DNA of 64,000 nucleotides from an uncultured Candidatus Entotheonella sp. (GTDB lineage Bacteria; Tectomicrobia; Entotheonellia; Entotheonellales; Entotheonellaceae): NCBI GenBank assembly GCA_965217185.1, contig OZ244252.1, positions 1,472,001 to 1,536,000 of the forward strand, read 5' to 3'. Shown piece by piece: positions 9,481 to 19,767 of this stretch (position 1 is its first letter; each line of letters starts with the position of its first letter). The notes under the pieces were generated by a model. It saw only the letters and a program-made list of their open reading frames with translations, ran no database searches and was not told where the DNA came from. The position numbers and the translations under genes were made by a program.

Positions 9481-10299
9481 TCAGGCGCCATTCAGGAAGC
9501 CGGTGACTTCCTCAACGAAGCCTGTGGGATTTTCGTACATCGGCATGTGGCCGCAGCGTTGCATGATTGATACCTGCGAGCCACGGATAGAGCTTTGGAA
9601 TGCCTGGGCATACGCTACCGGAACCAGCCCGTCCGATTGGCCCCAGAGGATCAGGGTGGGCGCCTTGACGCGGTGGATACGTTTCTTCAGGCCCTTGTCG
9701 GGAATCGGCCACAGAAACTTGCCAGCCGTCGCCAGATGCTGCATGCGCACGAGGTAGGCTTCCAATTGAGCCTGTTCGTCCTCCGGCACGGCCATCATCG
9801 CCTTGGCAACCTCGGATTCGGGGTCGTGCCACAGGGCGATGCCGAGCTGGTCCGGAGTCATGGCGAAAAAATCGGCTACCGGATGTTTGTCCAGCCACAG
9901 TCCCACGGCGTTGGCCAGGACCAGCCGCTGCACCCGATGCGGGCTCAGGGCGGCCAATTCGGCGGCGATCATGCCACCCATCGAGTGCCCCACGACGTGC
10001 AACGACTCGATGCCCAAAGCGTCGAGCAGGTCGTTGTAGTAGACCACCAGATCGACGACGTCGTCCACGTGCTCAAGGCCGCTGCTGCTTTCAAAACCCG
10101 GATGCGCCGGGGCGTACACGGTGTAACGACGGGCCAGTTCGGCCAGAAAGGGGTCCCAACCCCGCAAACCGCCGGCACCGTGCAGGAAGAGCAGCGGCTC
10201 GCCGCTCCCACCGGTGCGCAGTTTGGTCTCGAACAACCCATCGCGAACAGTGACGGTTCTTTCCTCCACAACGGTCCTCTCTTTTATGAATATCTTCAT
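9481..10299 (-). CDS. Alpha/beta fold hydrolase
   Basis: LFLHGAGG, GHSMGG, WGQSD and GHMP motifs. Confidence 0.92.
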   Translation of the reverse strand: MKIFIKERTVVEERTVTVRDGLFETKLRTGGSGEPLLFLHGAGGLRGWDPFLAELARRYTVYAPAHPGFESSSGLEHVDDVVDLVVYYNDLLDALGIESLHVVGHSMGGMIAAELAALSPHRVQRLVLANAVGLWLDKHPVADFFAMTPDQLGIALWHDPESEVAKAMMAVPEDEQAQLEAYLVRMQHLATAGKFLWPIPDKGLKKRIHRVKAPTLILWGQSDGLVPVAYAQAFQSSIRGSQVSIMQRCGHMPMYENPTGFVEEVTGFLNGA

Positions 10300-10386
10300 G
10301 AACGAAATTTGGTTAGCAACCGCAGACGCGTCGCCGTGGCTGACGTACCATAATGACCGGCCAACAGCTTGTCAACGCGGTGGTTC

Positions 10387-11289
10387 CTACCGCTCTTGCC
10401 CCGCCCGGCGGATGACCACCACGCGACCGACCAGCCGCTCCGGCGGCGGGCCCGGAGGCTCAACCAATTCAAGGCGGCGACCGACTCCCTGCAGCAATTG
10501 CAGCCCCTGGGAGGTGTGCACGAATCCCTTGGCCCGCAGCATTCCGAGACCCCGCAATCGGGCCAGAAGCTCTTCCGGGTCGACACCGTCCGCAACGGCA
10601 ACTTCACAGGTCTCAAAGACCTCGTGGTGGTGGGGAGCCGGAGATTTCCCGGCGTTGCGGCGCTGCCGGCGCAAACCGTCAGGGTCGGGCGGAAAAAGCA
10701 GCGCCGGCTCCACTTCGCCATGGCACGTGTGCAACACCGGGGTGTCCGGCGCCATGTCATACAACAGCGCATCGAGCCGGTCCAGGTCAGCAGTCGGTGC
10801 CAGATCGATCTTGTTGAGCAGCAGCAGATCGGCCGACGACACCTGATCCTCAAAGGTGCCGTGCAGGTCGCGGCCTTCCACAAGCTGCTCGGCGTTGACA
10901 ACGACAACGGCCATGTCGTCGTCCACCCAGGCGCTCACCGGTTCGCGCCAGAATTGCAACTGCGTGTCGGACGGCAGCGCCACCCCGGAGGTTTCGACGA
11001 TCACCCGGTCCGGTTGCACGCGCTCCCGCAGCATCTGCAGGGTGTCGCGCAACTCGTCGGACAACTGACAGCAGACGCAGCCGCCCTCCAACTCGACGAA
11101 CGCCTCGCCGCCCTCTCCCAACAGCGCCTGATCGATGCCCAAGGCGCCAAATTCATTGGAGATGACTGCCACCCGCGCGCCGCTGTTCTGGGCTTCACGC
11201 AGCAAATGCCGCACCAGGGTCGTCTTACCCGAACCGAGAAAACCGGACACCACAAGTACCGGAATGCGCTGGTCCGCCGGGTTGTGCAT
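10387..11289 (-). CDS. CobW/COG0523-family metallochaperone GTPase
   Basis: GFLGSGKTT, NEFG, GCVCC, ETSG, NKID, LRAKG motifs, short His patch. Confidence 0.93.
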   Translation of the reverse strand: MHNPADQRIPVLVVSGFLGSGKTTLVRHLLREAQNSGARVAVISNEFGALGIDQALLGEGGEAFVELEGGCVCCQLSDELRDTLQMLRERVQPDRVIVETSGVALPSDTQLQFWREPVSAWVDDDMAVVVVNAEQLVEGRDLHGTFEDQVSSADLLLLNKIDLAPTADLDRLDALLYDMAPDTPVLHTCHGEVEPALLFPPDPDGLRRQRRNAGKSPAPHHHEVFETCEVAVADGVDPEELLARLRGLGMLRAKGFVHTSQGLQLLQGVGRRLELVEPPGPPPERLVGRVVVIRRAGQER

Positions 11290-11419
11290 ACCTCACCTTC
11301 CATCCGGGCGGTTAAACATGCCAGCGCATTTTGACCCAACGCGTCATGTTGTTGGCAGGGAACGTTGATTTGGATTCAACTGTCGTAAACCGTGGGGGTA
11401 ACCTGCAGTGATATGGAAC

Positions 11420-11953
11420 TCAGGCGCTCGGTGCAGCCTCCTGCTTGCGGCCTTTCGGGCTCTTGGCCATGCCGCCGTTCCTACGCTCCTGAGCCTTGAT
11501 GTAGGTTGGCGCCTTCTCCCATGGACGGCTCCGTTGCACAATCTTCTTGCGCATCGTCGTGGTTTCCTTGGAAGACAGCGGTTGAATACGCGGGATACCG
11601 AATTTGACACGGTAGGAACGCGCGTCAAGGCTGTGTTCCTTAAGGTGTCTCACCGAAAGCTGCTTGAACGCCGCGCCGCATACCATGCACACGATCGCGT
11701 GCTTCTTGATGCTCTGCTTCCAATTGGCAGGAATGTTTTTGGCATTGCTGCTCTCTTGCAGCGCCTCTTCTTTCTCAGCAAATGAAATACCGGTGATGGT
11801 TTCTCCGGCATCTTCCTTATTCTTCAATTCAATCAAACTTGCATAAGTCTTCTGTAACTCTTTGTGCATCTCTTCCCGTGGCAGCGCGCCTACCTGGATT
11901 TGCGCCATGACCAGGTCCTTAGCCATCTCAATTACGGACTGTGCCATTGTCAA
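11420..11953 (-). CDS. Ros/MucR-family zinc-finger transcriptional regulator
   Basis: SI....IVCMVCG..FKQL..RHL..H.L....YR.KFG pattern. Confidence 0.88.
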   Translation of the reverse strand: MTMAQSVIEMAKDLVMAQIQVGALPREEMHKELQKTYASLIELKNKEDAGETITGISFAEKEEALQESSNAKNIPANWKQSIKKHAIVCMVCGAAFKQLSVRHLKEHSLDARSYRVKFGIPRIQPLSSKETTTMRKKIVQRSRPWEKAPTYIKAQERRNGGMAKSPKGRKQEAAPSA

Positions 11954-12258
11954 AATCCTCTATAAAGTTCCATGCCTTGCAAATCGAGCCTGTCTACCGT
12001 CTCTGCGATAGAAACCGCGAAAAGATATAGTGCAACATTTAACTAAAGTCAAGAAAACGAAACTTCCAAAACAGCAAATGCCCGCTGAATGGCATTGAGA
12101 GCAGCAAACACCCGCCCCTTACCTGCTTCCATCTTCTTGCATGACACCGCAGTTGCAAGAAACAAGTTAAAGGACGGCTGATTCATCCCTGCCCCGGCGC
12201 GCTGCAAGTCAATAGTCATAAAACGTCGAACGCGCCAAAACAGGTAGTGACAGCAAGC

Positions 12259-13956
12259 TCAGAACGCCTCGCCGGACGCCGCGATGGCTTCCAACTCATC
12301 GCGAGTGTAGGAACCCAGGCTGCGAAAGTCGAACTCGGTGTAATTCTTGATCCATCGCAAGGCAATGGTATACGCCTTGCGGTAGCGCTCGGCGGCTTGG
12401 CGCTGCGATTCGCTGTCGGCATCCGGCAGACGCGCGATGATGTCTTCGCACTCTTCCTGAAGCAGTCGTTTGACCAAGGCGAAATCATGCCGCTGACTGG
12501 GGTCGGCGCGGTCGGCCACACCATGCAGAATGCGCTGAGCGATCTGCGCCACGGACATGCGTCCGGTGGCCAGGTCCTCCATCAGAGCGGGATGGATGCC
12601 CGGTTTGCCGGCCAGGCTGTCGATGCCCTTGGCGCCCCTGCCCTGCAACCAGCCTTCGAGGTATTCCAGAACCATGCGGGCATTGCGGCGCGTGCCCTCG
12701 ACGGTAACGGGACCATCGGGCACACGGAGGTGGATGGGGTAGTTGTCCGGGTCAGCCATCTCAGCAGACGGGGTCCAGCCCGTGGTGCGGAGTTTCTCAA
12801 ACGGCTTGGCAGCCGCGTCCATGTGGAAAATATGGGCCACCCAGGCGCGAAGAAACCCCTGCTCCGCCTCCCACTGCTTATCGGCCCGAATGCCTTCCGC
12901 GGCCACCTCGTTGACGTGCGGGTCGGAACTCGGCAGCGGCGTCGCCATGCCGCCAATGGGCACGGCGCCGCGTTTCAGACATATGGCCACCAGACGCCGG
13001 AAAATGGTAGCGAGAAAGTCCGTGGTCTTGATATCGACGCCGAACCGATCCGGCCACACCGACGCGGGGTCGGCCATTACGTACTCGAAGATGCTCGCCT
13101 TGAAATCCCAACGGGCGGCGTTAAGCCCGGCCGCATAGGGACCCAAGGCGTGCAGCATCTCCTCCATCTGGTAGGCGGCGGGCAGCGATTCCACCAGGAT
13201 GATGGCACGGATAACCGCGTCGCTGAGAAACGGCAGGCAGGCCTGGCTGGCCGCGAAGAAATCGCGCCAGCAGGCGGCTTCGTCGGCCGATTCCAGCTTC
13301 GGCAGGTAGAAATAGATGCCCTGGCCCCGTTCGGCTTGCGCCCGTCCGGCATAGAATAGGGTGAGCGCCGTGCCGAGAATCGCCGCCGACACCGGCTTGC
13401 CGTCGACCGTGACATCCGGTTCATCGAGGTGCAGGCCGCGCTCGCGGTGCATGAAGAAGGGCAACTCGCCCTCGGCCAGGCGATACTCGCGGCCGCGATC
13501 GGGATCGGAAAACGACAGGGTGCGTTCAACCGCCGCCAAGCGGTTCCGCGCCGCCGTCAGCGTATCGATCAGCCGGTGTCCGGCGGCATCCTCGTCGTCA
13601 TCCAGGTCGCCGACGGCACGCGAGCCCTCCGGTCCGGGATTCAACGCGTTGATGAACATGTGGGTTATAGAGGCGGGCCCCGATATTTCGATACCGGGAC
13701 GCTTCAGGTCCTCGGGCACCGGCGGCACTTGCCAATCGCCGGTGTTGATGTCCGACACAGGGGGATGGGTGGGGAGGACGCCGTCCTGCAAGGCGCGGCG
13801 CAGTACTTCGGCGCGGCTCGCGCGCAGCGTTTGGATGCGCGGCGCAAATTTCTCATGCAAGTGCACCAGAAAATCGATAAAGGCATCGCAAAAAAGTTCG
13901 GCCGCCCCTGCCACCGGAGCAAATGCCACTCGCGCCGCCGTTCCTGTCTCTGCCAT
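12259..13956 (-). CDS. Malate synthase (divergent MSA-type)
   Basis: RGLHLDE, YFYLPKLES, LVESLPA, GLN..RWD, GGM, WVAH, MEDLAT motifs; start set at MAETG. Confidence 0.85.
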   Translation of the reverse strand: MAETGTAARVAFAPVAGAAELFCDAFIDFLVHLHEKFAPRIQTLRASRAEVLRRALQDGVLPTHPPVSDINTGDWQVPPVPEDLKRPGIEISGPASITHMFINALNPGPEGSRAVGDLDDDEDAAGHRLIDTLTAARNRLAAVERTLSFSDPDRGREYRLAEGELPFFMHRERGLHLDEPDVTVDGKPVSAAILGTALTLFYAGRAQAERGQGIYFYLPKLESADEAACWRDFFAASQACLPFLSDAVIRAIILVESLPAAYQMEEMLHALGPYAAGLNAARWDFKASIFEYVMADPASVWPDRFGVDIKTTDFLATIFRRLVAICLKRGAVPIGGMATPLPSSDPHVNEVAAEGIRADKQWEAEQGFLRAWVAHIFHMDAAAKPFEKLRTTGWTPSAEMADPDNYPIHLRVPDGPVTVEGTRRNARMVLEYLEGWLQGRGAKGIDSLAGKPGIHPALMEDLATGRMSVAQIAQRILHGVADRADPSQRHDFALVKRLLQEECEDIIARLPDADSESQRQAAERYRKAYTIALRWIKNYTEFDFRSLGSYTRDELEAIAASGEAF

Positions 13957-14131
13957 GCAAAAAACCTCCCTGCTCCCTGAGTCTGATTTGGTATCGATGT
14001 GGAATCGTGATGAACCGGCCTTGTCCCGTAGACGGGACAGAATGCCGGGGCAAGGCCCGAGCACGCCTTCTGCCTTCGATCATCATAATGGCGGAATTGG
14101 CGTTTAACCTAGCATGCGCGTTCGGTTGCCG

Positions 14132-16135
14132 TCAAAGACGGTCGGCAGTGTCTGATGTGCCGTTCGATGAGTCGAGGTGGGAGGCAAACCATTCGAGGAT
14201 GAAGCGAAAACGCTCCAAGCGGTGGCGCGGCTTGCCGGCTCGCGACATATCGTGTCCTTCATCCGGGAAGCGTACGAAGCGTACTTCTTTGTGCTGTTTC
14301 TTCAGAGCCACGAACAGTTGTTCCGCCTGTTCGATGGGGCAGCGTAGATCGTTCTCGGCATGCATGATGAGCAGAGGCGTTGTGATGTCGGCGGCATACG
14401 TCAGCGGCGAGCGTTCCAGGTACCAATCCAGGTTGTCCCAAGGCAGATAGCCGCTCTGTGCCTCGGCAAACGAATGCCCGATGTCGCTGGTGCCGAACAG
14501 CGTGTGCACGTTGTTCACCGCGCGCTCCGAGCAGGCCGCCTTGAAGCGCTGTGTATGCCCGACGGCCCAGGTCGTCAGATAGCCCCCGTAGCTGCCCCCC
14601 ATGACGCCGAGGCGCTGTGGATCGATGAAATCGCACTGCTGGAGGGCCGCGTCCAGGGCCGCCATCACGTCGGCATAGTCCACCCCGCCCCAGTCGCCAA
14701 TCACCCCACGGGTGAACGCCTCGCCGTAACCCTGGCTGCCGCGCGGGTTGGCATACAGGACGGCGTACCCAGCGCCGCCGTAGACCTGAAATTCGTCGAA
14801 GAAATCGTGTCCGTACATCATGTGCGGCCCGCCGTGGATGTTGAGCAGCAGCGGGTAGCGCTTGCCGGGCTCGAAACCGTGCGGCTTCACTACCCAGGCG
14901 TCCAGGCCGCAGCCGTCATGTTCGCAGGCGATACGCTCTGGGGCCGACAATCCGACCTCGGCTTTCCAATCACCGTTGAGGTCGGTCAGACGACGCTCGT
15001 TACTGCCGTCCGATTCACAGGCGAACACCTCGGCAGGATTCGTCGGATCCATAGTGGTGAAGGCGAGCCGGCTGCCGTCAGCCGCGGCTGACAGGTCGGT
15101 GATCTGCCGGGGACCGTCCAGCACGACTTTGGGGGCCTGCCGGGTATTGGCATCGAATTGGTAGGCGTGAACGTCGCCCTGTGTCTGGACGCCAACGGTC
15201 AGCGCGCTACCGTCCGCGGACCACAGCGGACCTTGATTTCCCAGCGCGCGACAATTGCGATCCAGGCCACCGCTCAGGCAGACCGGTGTGTCACCGCCGA
15301 CCGGTACCGTGTACAAACGCCAGTTGTAACCGGCGTCGTAGCGCTGGCGGTGGCCGAGATAGGCAATCTTTCGCCCATCAGGCGAGAAAGTCGGATGCCC
15401 CACCGGCCCGGCGGTGTCCGTCAGGCGACGCGGCTCGCCGCCGGCGGCAGGCATGACCCACACGTCCGACGCATCGTCTTCGTCACGCTCGGTGTGGCGC
15501 GCCGAGGGGAAGGCCAGCAGCGCACCGTCCGGCGACCATGCTGGTTCGCCGTGGTTGAAATCGCCGTCGGTGAGTTGGTTCACATCGCCGTCGTTCACGT
15601 CTACCACGAACAGATGCAAGCGGCGGTCGTAGACGAACCCTTCGCCGTTCATCTTGTATTTGAGGGTCGTAATCACCCGCGCCGGCTTGGAACGCGGTTC
15701 CTCCGCCCCGTCCTGCTGCGTCTCTTCGCCGCCCACATGCGACACGAAAGCCAGACGTCTGCCGTCCGGCGACCACACGGGATCGGCAACACCCTGCGCC
15801 AGTTCGGTCAACCGCACGGATTCGCCGCCATCAAGCGGCATGAGGTACAACTGGGGACGCTTTTGACCCTGTCGCTGGGATACGAATGCCAGCCGAGTTC
15901 CATCCGGCGACCAGCGCGGCGCACCGTCTCGCTTGTCGCCGCTGGTCAAACGGCGCGGCAGTCCGCTATCAACGCCCACTACCCAGATATTGGACAAGTA
16001 CTGGTCGCGCTCCTCGGACAGCGTCGTCACCACGAACGCCACCCGTCGTCCGTCGGGCGACATCCGCACCTCGCTCACCCAGCGGATGCGGGTAATGTCC
16101 TCCGGCGTCATGCCCCGCCGGCGCCTTGCGCTCAT
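14132..16135 (-). CDS. S9-family peptidase (acylaminoacyl/dipeptidyl peptidase) with PD40 propeller
   Basis: WSPDG repeats, IHGGP, GGSYGG, DLRCP and GH motifs. Confidence 0.95.
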   Translation of the reverse strand: MSARRRRGMTPEDITRIRWVSEVRMSPDGRRVAFVVTTLSEERDQYLSNIWVVGVDSGLPRRLTSGDKRDGAPRWSPDGTRLAFVSQRQGQKRPQLYLMPLDGGESVRLTELAQGVADPVWSPDGRRLAFVSHVGGEETQQDGAEEPRSKPARVITTLKYKMNGEGFVYDRRLHLFVVDVNDGDVNQLTDGDFNHGEPAWSPDGALLAFPSARHTERDEDDASDVWVMPAAGGEPRRLTDTAGPVGHPTFSPDGRKIAYLGHRQRYDAGYNWRLYTVPVGGDTPVCLSGGLDRNCRALGNQGPLWSADGSALTVGVQTQGDVHAYQFDANTRQAPKVVLDGPRQITDLSAAADGSRLAFTTMDPTNPAEVFACESDGSNERRLTDLNGDWKAEVGLSAPERIACEHDGCGLDAWVVKPHGFEPGKRYPLLLNIHGGPHMMYGHDFFDEFQVYGGAGYAVLYANPRGSQGYGEAFTRGVIGDWGGVDYADVMAALDAALQQCDFIDPQRLGVMGGSYGGYLTTWAVGHTQRFKAACSERAVNNVHTLFGTSDIGHSFAEAQSGYLPWDNLDWYLERSPLTYAADITTPLLIMHAENDLRCPIEQAEQLFVALKKQHKEVRFVRFPDEGHDMSRAGKPRHRLERFRFILEWFASHLDSSNGTSDTADRL

Positions 16136-16307
16136 ACCATATCTCCTTTTTTATCAATCTTCATTCGACGTGCGGGGCGGCACCCTAGCACGCCGTTTTA
16201 ACGAGTGTCAAACGATCTGGCGTGTGCTACCATGGCCTCCCTCGGGAGCCTGGAACAATGTATCCCGCCGTTCGAATCGGGCAATTTCACCCGCTGAGGA
16301 GCGCGTC

Positions 16308-17522
16308 ATGGCGATGTCGAACACAGCCCTTGCCGGCACTCGCGTGCTGGACCTCGGGCGTTACCAGGCCGGCCCCCGTATCGGCCTCGTTCTGGCCCGG
16401 CTGGGCGCCGAGGTAATCAAGGTGGAAGCGCCGGGCGGCGACGAGAGCCGCAAAAACGGGCCGTTCGTGCGCGGCCAGAGCGCGTATTGGGTGCAATACA
16501 ACAGCGGCAAGAAGAGCCTCGGCCTCAACCTGCGCACCCAACAGGGGCTCGACGTGGTGCGCCGCCTGGTCAAAATCTCTGACGTGCTCATCCAGAACTT
16601 CCGGCCCGGTACCATCGCTACCATGGGGCTCGGCTACGACCGCCTCAAAGAACTGAATCCCGGCATCGTCATGGTCAACGTGTCGGCCTACGGGCAGTAC
16701 GGCCCCTACCGCGATCGCATCGGCTTCGACCCCATCGGCCAGGCCATTAGCGGCATGATGTCCCTTACCGGGTTTCCCGGGAACCCGCCGACCCGCACCT
16801 ACAACCCCGTAATCGATCGCATTACCGCCTTGCACGGCACCATCGGCACCCTGGCGGCACTCCAGGAACGCCACGTTTCCGGCGAAGGCCAGTGCGTTGA
16901 CGTGTGCCTGGCCGATACCGGCTTCAGCATGACGGAAATCCAGTGCGCCGCGTTCCTTGGCGAGGGCATGGTGCCGGAGCGCACCGGCAACGGCCGCGGC
17001 CTGATGAACACCTACGAAACCCGCGACGGCTGGGTGCTCGTCGCTGCTATCAGCGACAACATCTGGCCGCGTCTGTGCGAGGCCATCGACGCCCCAGAGT
17101 GGGTGAGCGACGCGCGCTTGAAGACGGTTGACGACCGCGGACGGGCCTGGGAGGTCATCGAGGAACGGCTGCGCCTCTGGTTCGGCAATCGCACGGTGCG
17201 GGAATCGGTGGACCGTTTCTCAGAGTTAGGGATTCCGATCAACGCCGTGAACGACGTGCCCTCCGCCGCCCACGACCCCCAGTTGCACGAGCGCGAACTG
17301 CTGGTCGAAGTGAACGACCCCGTCGCCGGAACTATTCACGTCTCCGGCAAGAACATCAAACTGAGCCGCAGCGAAACGGTGGTGGGCTCGGCGCCGTTGC
17401 CCGGTCAGCACACCGAGGAAATCCTCACCGGCCTGCTCGGCTGTACCCCACAGGACATCGATGATCTGGAAGCCGCCGGCGCCGTCTATCGCAGCACGCC
17501 GCAACCAGTGGATGGTGATTAG
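16308..17522 (+). CDS. CaiB/BaiF class III CoA transferase
   Basis: RVLDL...AGP, LGAEVIKVE, NSGKKS, NFRPG, GQHTEEIL; ATG after GAGGAG. Confidence 0.93.
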   Translation: MAMSNTALAGTRVLDLGRYQAGPRIGLVLARLGAEVIKVEAPGGDESRKNGPFVRGQSAYWVQYNSGKKSLGLNLRTQQGLDVVRRLVKISDVLIQNFRPGTIATMGLGYDRLKELNPGIVMVNVSAYGQYGPYRDRIGFDPIGQAISGMMSLTGFPGNPPTRTYNPVIDRITALHGTIGTLAALQERHVSGEGQCVDVCLADTGFSMTEIQCAAFLGEGMVPERTGNGRGLMNTYETRDGWVLVAAISDNIWPRLCEAIDAPEWVSDARLKTVDDRGRAWEVIEERLRLWFGNRTVRESVDRFSELGIPINAVNDVPSAAHDPQLHERELLVEVNDPVAGTIHVSGKNIKLSRSETVVGSAPLPGQHTEEILTGLLGCTPQDIDDLEAAGAVYRSTPQPVDGD

Positions 17523-17578
17523 TCATGAGTCCCTTGCTATTTCCTATCCACTTACCCCTGCTTTAACGGGAGGCAAGC

Positions 17579-19654
17579 ATGAGAAGCTACCGCTATTCAC
17601 GCTGGGATGGGACGCAGGAATCGTTGCCGGTCGACGGCGAAGACCTGATGGAGGCCATGGCGGACGATTTGGCGTCGCACGGCGACCTCCGTCAGGCGCT
17701 GCGCAATCTGATGCAACGCGGCATGCAGGGGCGCATGGGCAGCGGCTTCGAGGGCATTCGGGAGATGATCGAACGCCTCAAGCAGCAGAGCCGCGAACGC
17801 CTGGAGCGTTATAACCTGGCGTCGCTCGTGGATGAATTGAAGGAACGTCTGGACAACATTATCCAGCAGGAGAAGGAGGCGCTGAGCCCGCCGCAGCAGC
17901 AGGGGCAACAGGGCGATGAGGCCGCGACTGGCTCTCAGGCCTCCGGCGAGCCGGCGGATGGAGCCGAGCAGCAAAGCGGCCAGGGGACACCCGAGGCATC
18001 GGGTCAATCCGGCCAAGCGGGAACCGGTGACAACCAAGAGCGCCGGGAATTCATGGATCAGTTGCCGGAGGATTTCGCCAGCCGCGTCAAGTCGCTGCAG
18101 CCATACAACTTCTTCGACCCGCAGGCGCAGCAGGCTTTCGACGAGCTCATGGAGATGCTCAAGCAGCAGGCCATGGGCAACGCCATGCGCGACATGGCGC
18201 AGCGTTTTGCCGACATGTCGCCCGAAGAGCGCCAGCGTCTGAAGGAGATGATCGCCGATCTGAACCGCATGCTGGACCAGCAGGTGTGGGGCGAGCAGCC
18301 CGATTTTAACGGCTTCATGCAGAAGTACGGCGACATGTTTAGCGGCAATCCGCCGCAGAGCCTGGAAGAACTGACCCAACAGATGGCTTCGCGCATGGCG
18401 CAGATGCAATCGCTGTTCAACAGCCTGCCGGAGGACCTGCGGCAAGAGCTTCAGGAGATGCTGAGCGCGGCCTTCGAGGATGAAGAATTGGCGGCCGAGA
18501 TGGCGGAATTACAGGCGAACCTCGACTTCCTCGCCGCCGATGAGCGGCCTTCCTACGAGTTCAGCGGCGACGCCGACGTGCCGCTGGAGCAGGCCATGCA
18601 CCTGATGGATGAGTTGCAGAAGGTCGATGCCTTGCGGCAGCAGTTGCAAGACGTGGGCAAGGCCGGCTCCCTGCAGGATGTCGATGCCGAGACGCTGGAA
18701 GCCATCCTCGGCCCCGAGGGGCGCCAGGAATTGGAGAAATTGCGCGAGCTCGAGCGTCGTTTGGAGGAAGCCGGCTATCTGAAACGCCAGGGCGATCGCC
18801 TCGAACTGACGGCCAAAGGGGTGCGTAAAATCGGCTCCAAGGTGCTCCGAGACATCTTCAATCGCCTCAAGGTTGGCCGCAACGGCGGGCACCGCACCGA
18901 CCGGCGTGGCATCGGCATCGAGGCACGGCTCGACACCAAGGCTTACGAGTACGGCGACCGTTTCAGCCTGCACTTGCAGCAGAGCCTGATGAACGCCGTG
19001 CAGCGCCAGGGCAAGGGTGCCCCGGTGCGCATTCTGCCGGAGGATTTTGAGGTGTATCGGGACGAGAACCTGAACCAGTGCTCCACCGTTCTGATGCTGG
19101 ATCAGAGCCGCTCGATGGGGCTGAACGGCTGCTTCGACGCCGCCAAAAAGGTGGCGCTGGCCTTGCATAGCCTGATCAAGATTCAGTATCCGAAGGACAG
19201 CCTGCACATCATCGGGTTTGCCGAGTACGCCAGTGAACTGCGCCACGAGGACATTCCGTCGTCGTCCTGGGGCAGCTACTATCCGGGCACCAACATGCAC
19301 CACGCCCTGATGATCGCCCGGCGGCTGCTGTCGCGCTCGCGGCACGGCCAGCGGCAGGTGCTGATGGTCACCGACGGCGAGCCGACCGCCCATCTGGAGC
19401 AGAACCTCGCGTACTTTAACTATCCCCCCACTTGGCGGACCATCGAGCAGACGCTTCAGGAGGTCAAGCGCTGCACCCGCGAGGGCATCGTGATCAACAC
19501 GTTCATGATGGAGCAGGATCCGTACCTGATGCGGTTCGTTCAGGAAATCACCAAGATCAACCGCGGGCGGGCGTTCTTTTCCTCCCCCAGCCACTTGGGG
19601 CAGTACGTTGTCACCGACTACCTCAACAACAAGCGTCGCCGGCGCATCGCCTGA
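17579..19654 (+). CDS. VWA-domain protein with long helical N-terminus
   Basis: YSRWDGTQ N-terminus, MIDAS DQSRSM, GTN.HH.L and TDGEPTAH. Confidence 0.88.
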   Translation: MRSYRYSRWDGTQESLPVDGEDLMEAMADDLASHGDLRQALRNLMQRGMQGRMGSGFEGIREMIERLKQQSRERLERYNLASLVDELKERLDNIIQQEKEALSPPQQQGQQGDEAATGSQASGEPADGAEQQSGQGTPEASGQSGQAGTGDNQERREFMDQLPEDFASRVKSLQPYNFFDPQAQQAFDELMEMLKQQAMGNAMRDMAQRFADMSPEERQRLKEMIADLNRMLDQQVWGEQPDFNGFMQKYGDMFSGNPPQSLEELTQQMASRMAQMQSLFNSLPEDLRQELQEMLSAAFEDEELAAEMAELQANLDFLAADERPSYEFSGDADVPLEQAMHLMDELQKVDALRQQLQDVGKAGSLQDVDAETLEAILGPEGRQELEKLRELERRLEEAGYLKRQGDRLELTAKGVRKIGSKVLRDIFNRLKVGRNGGHRTDRRGIGIEARLDTKAYEYGDRFSLHLQQSLMNAVQRQGKGAPVRILPEDFEVYRDENLNQCSTVLMLDQSRSMGLNGCFDAAKKVALALHSLIKIQYPKDSLHIIGFAEYASELRHEDIPSSSWGSYYPGTNMHHALMIARRLLSRSRHGQRQVLMVTDGEPTAHLEQNLAYFNYPPTWRTIEQTLQEVKRCTREGIVINTFMMEQDPYLMRFVQEITKINRGRAFFSSPSHLGQYVVTDYLNNKRRRRIA

Positions 19655-19713
19655 GCGGGAAGGCTCACCCCCCGCAGGTTGGTACTACCTACCTTACCGA
19701 GGGGGAGTCTCTG

Positions 19714-19751
19714 CCCCCTCTCCCCTGGAGGGAGAGGGTTGGGGTGAGGGG
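19714..19751. repeat. REP-like palindromic element (CCCTCTCCC-n-GGGAGAGGGTTGGGGTGAGGG)
   Basis: Hairpin CCCTCTCCC/GGGAGAGGG followed by GGGGTGAGGG, lying between convergent genes. Confidence 0.6.
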
Positions 19752-19767
19752 GAATTCGGCGAAGACG

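Noticed and set aside
15933..16307. N-terminal extension of the CoA transferase
   Set aside because: Overlaps the divergent peptidase; an RBS supports the ATG at 16308
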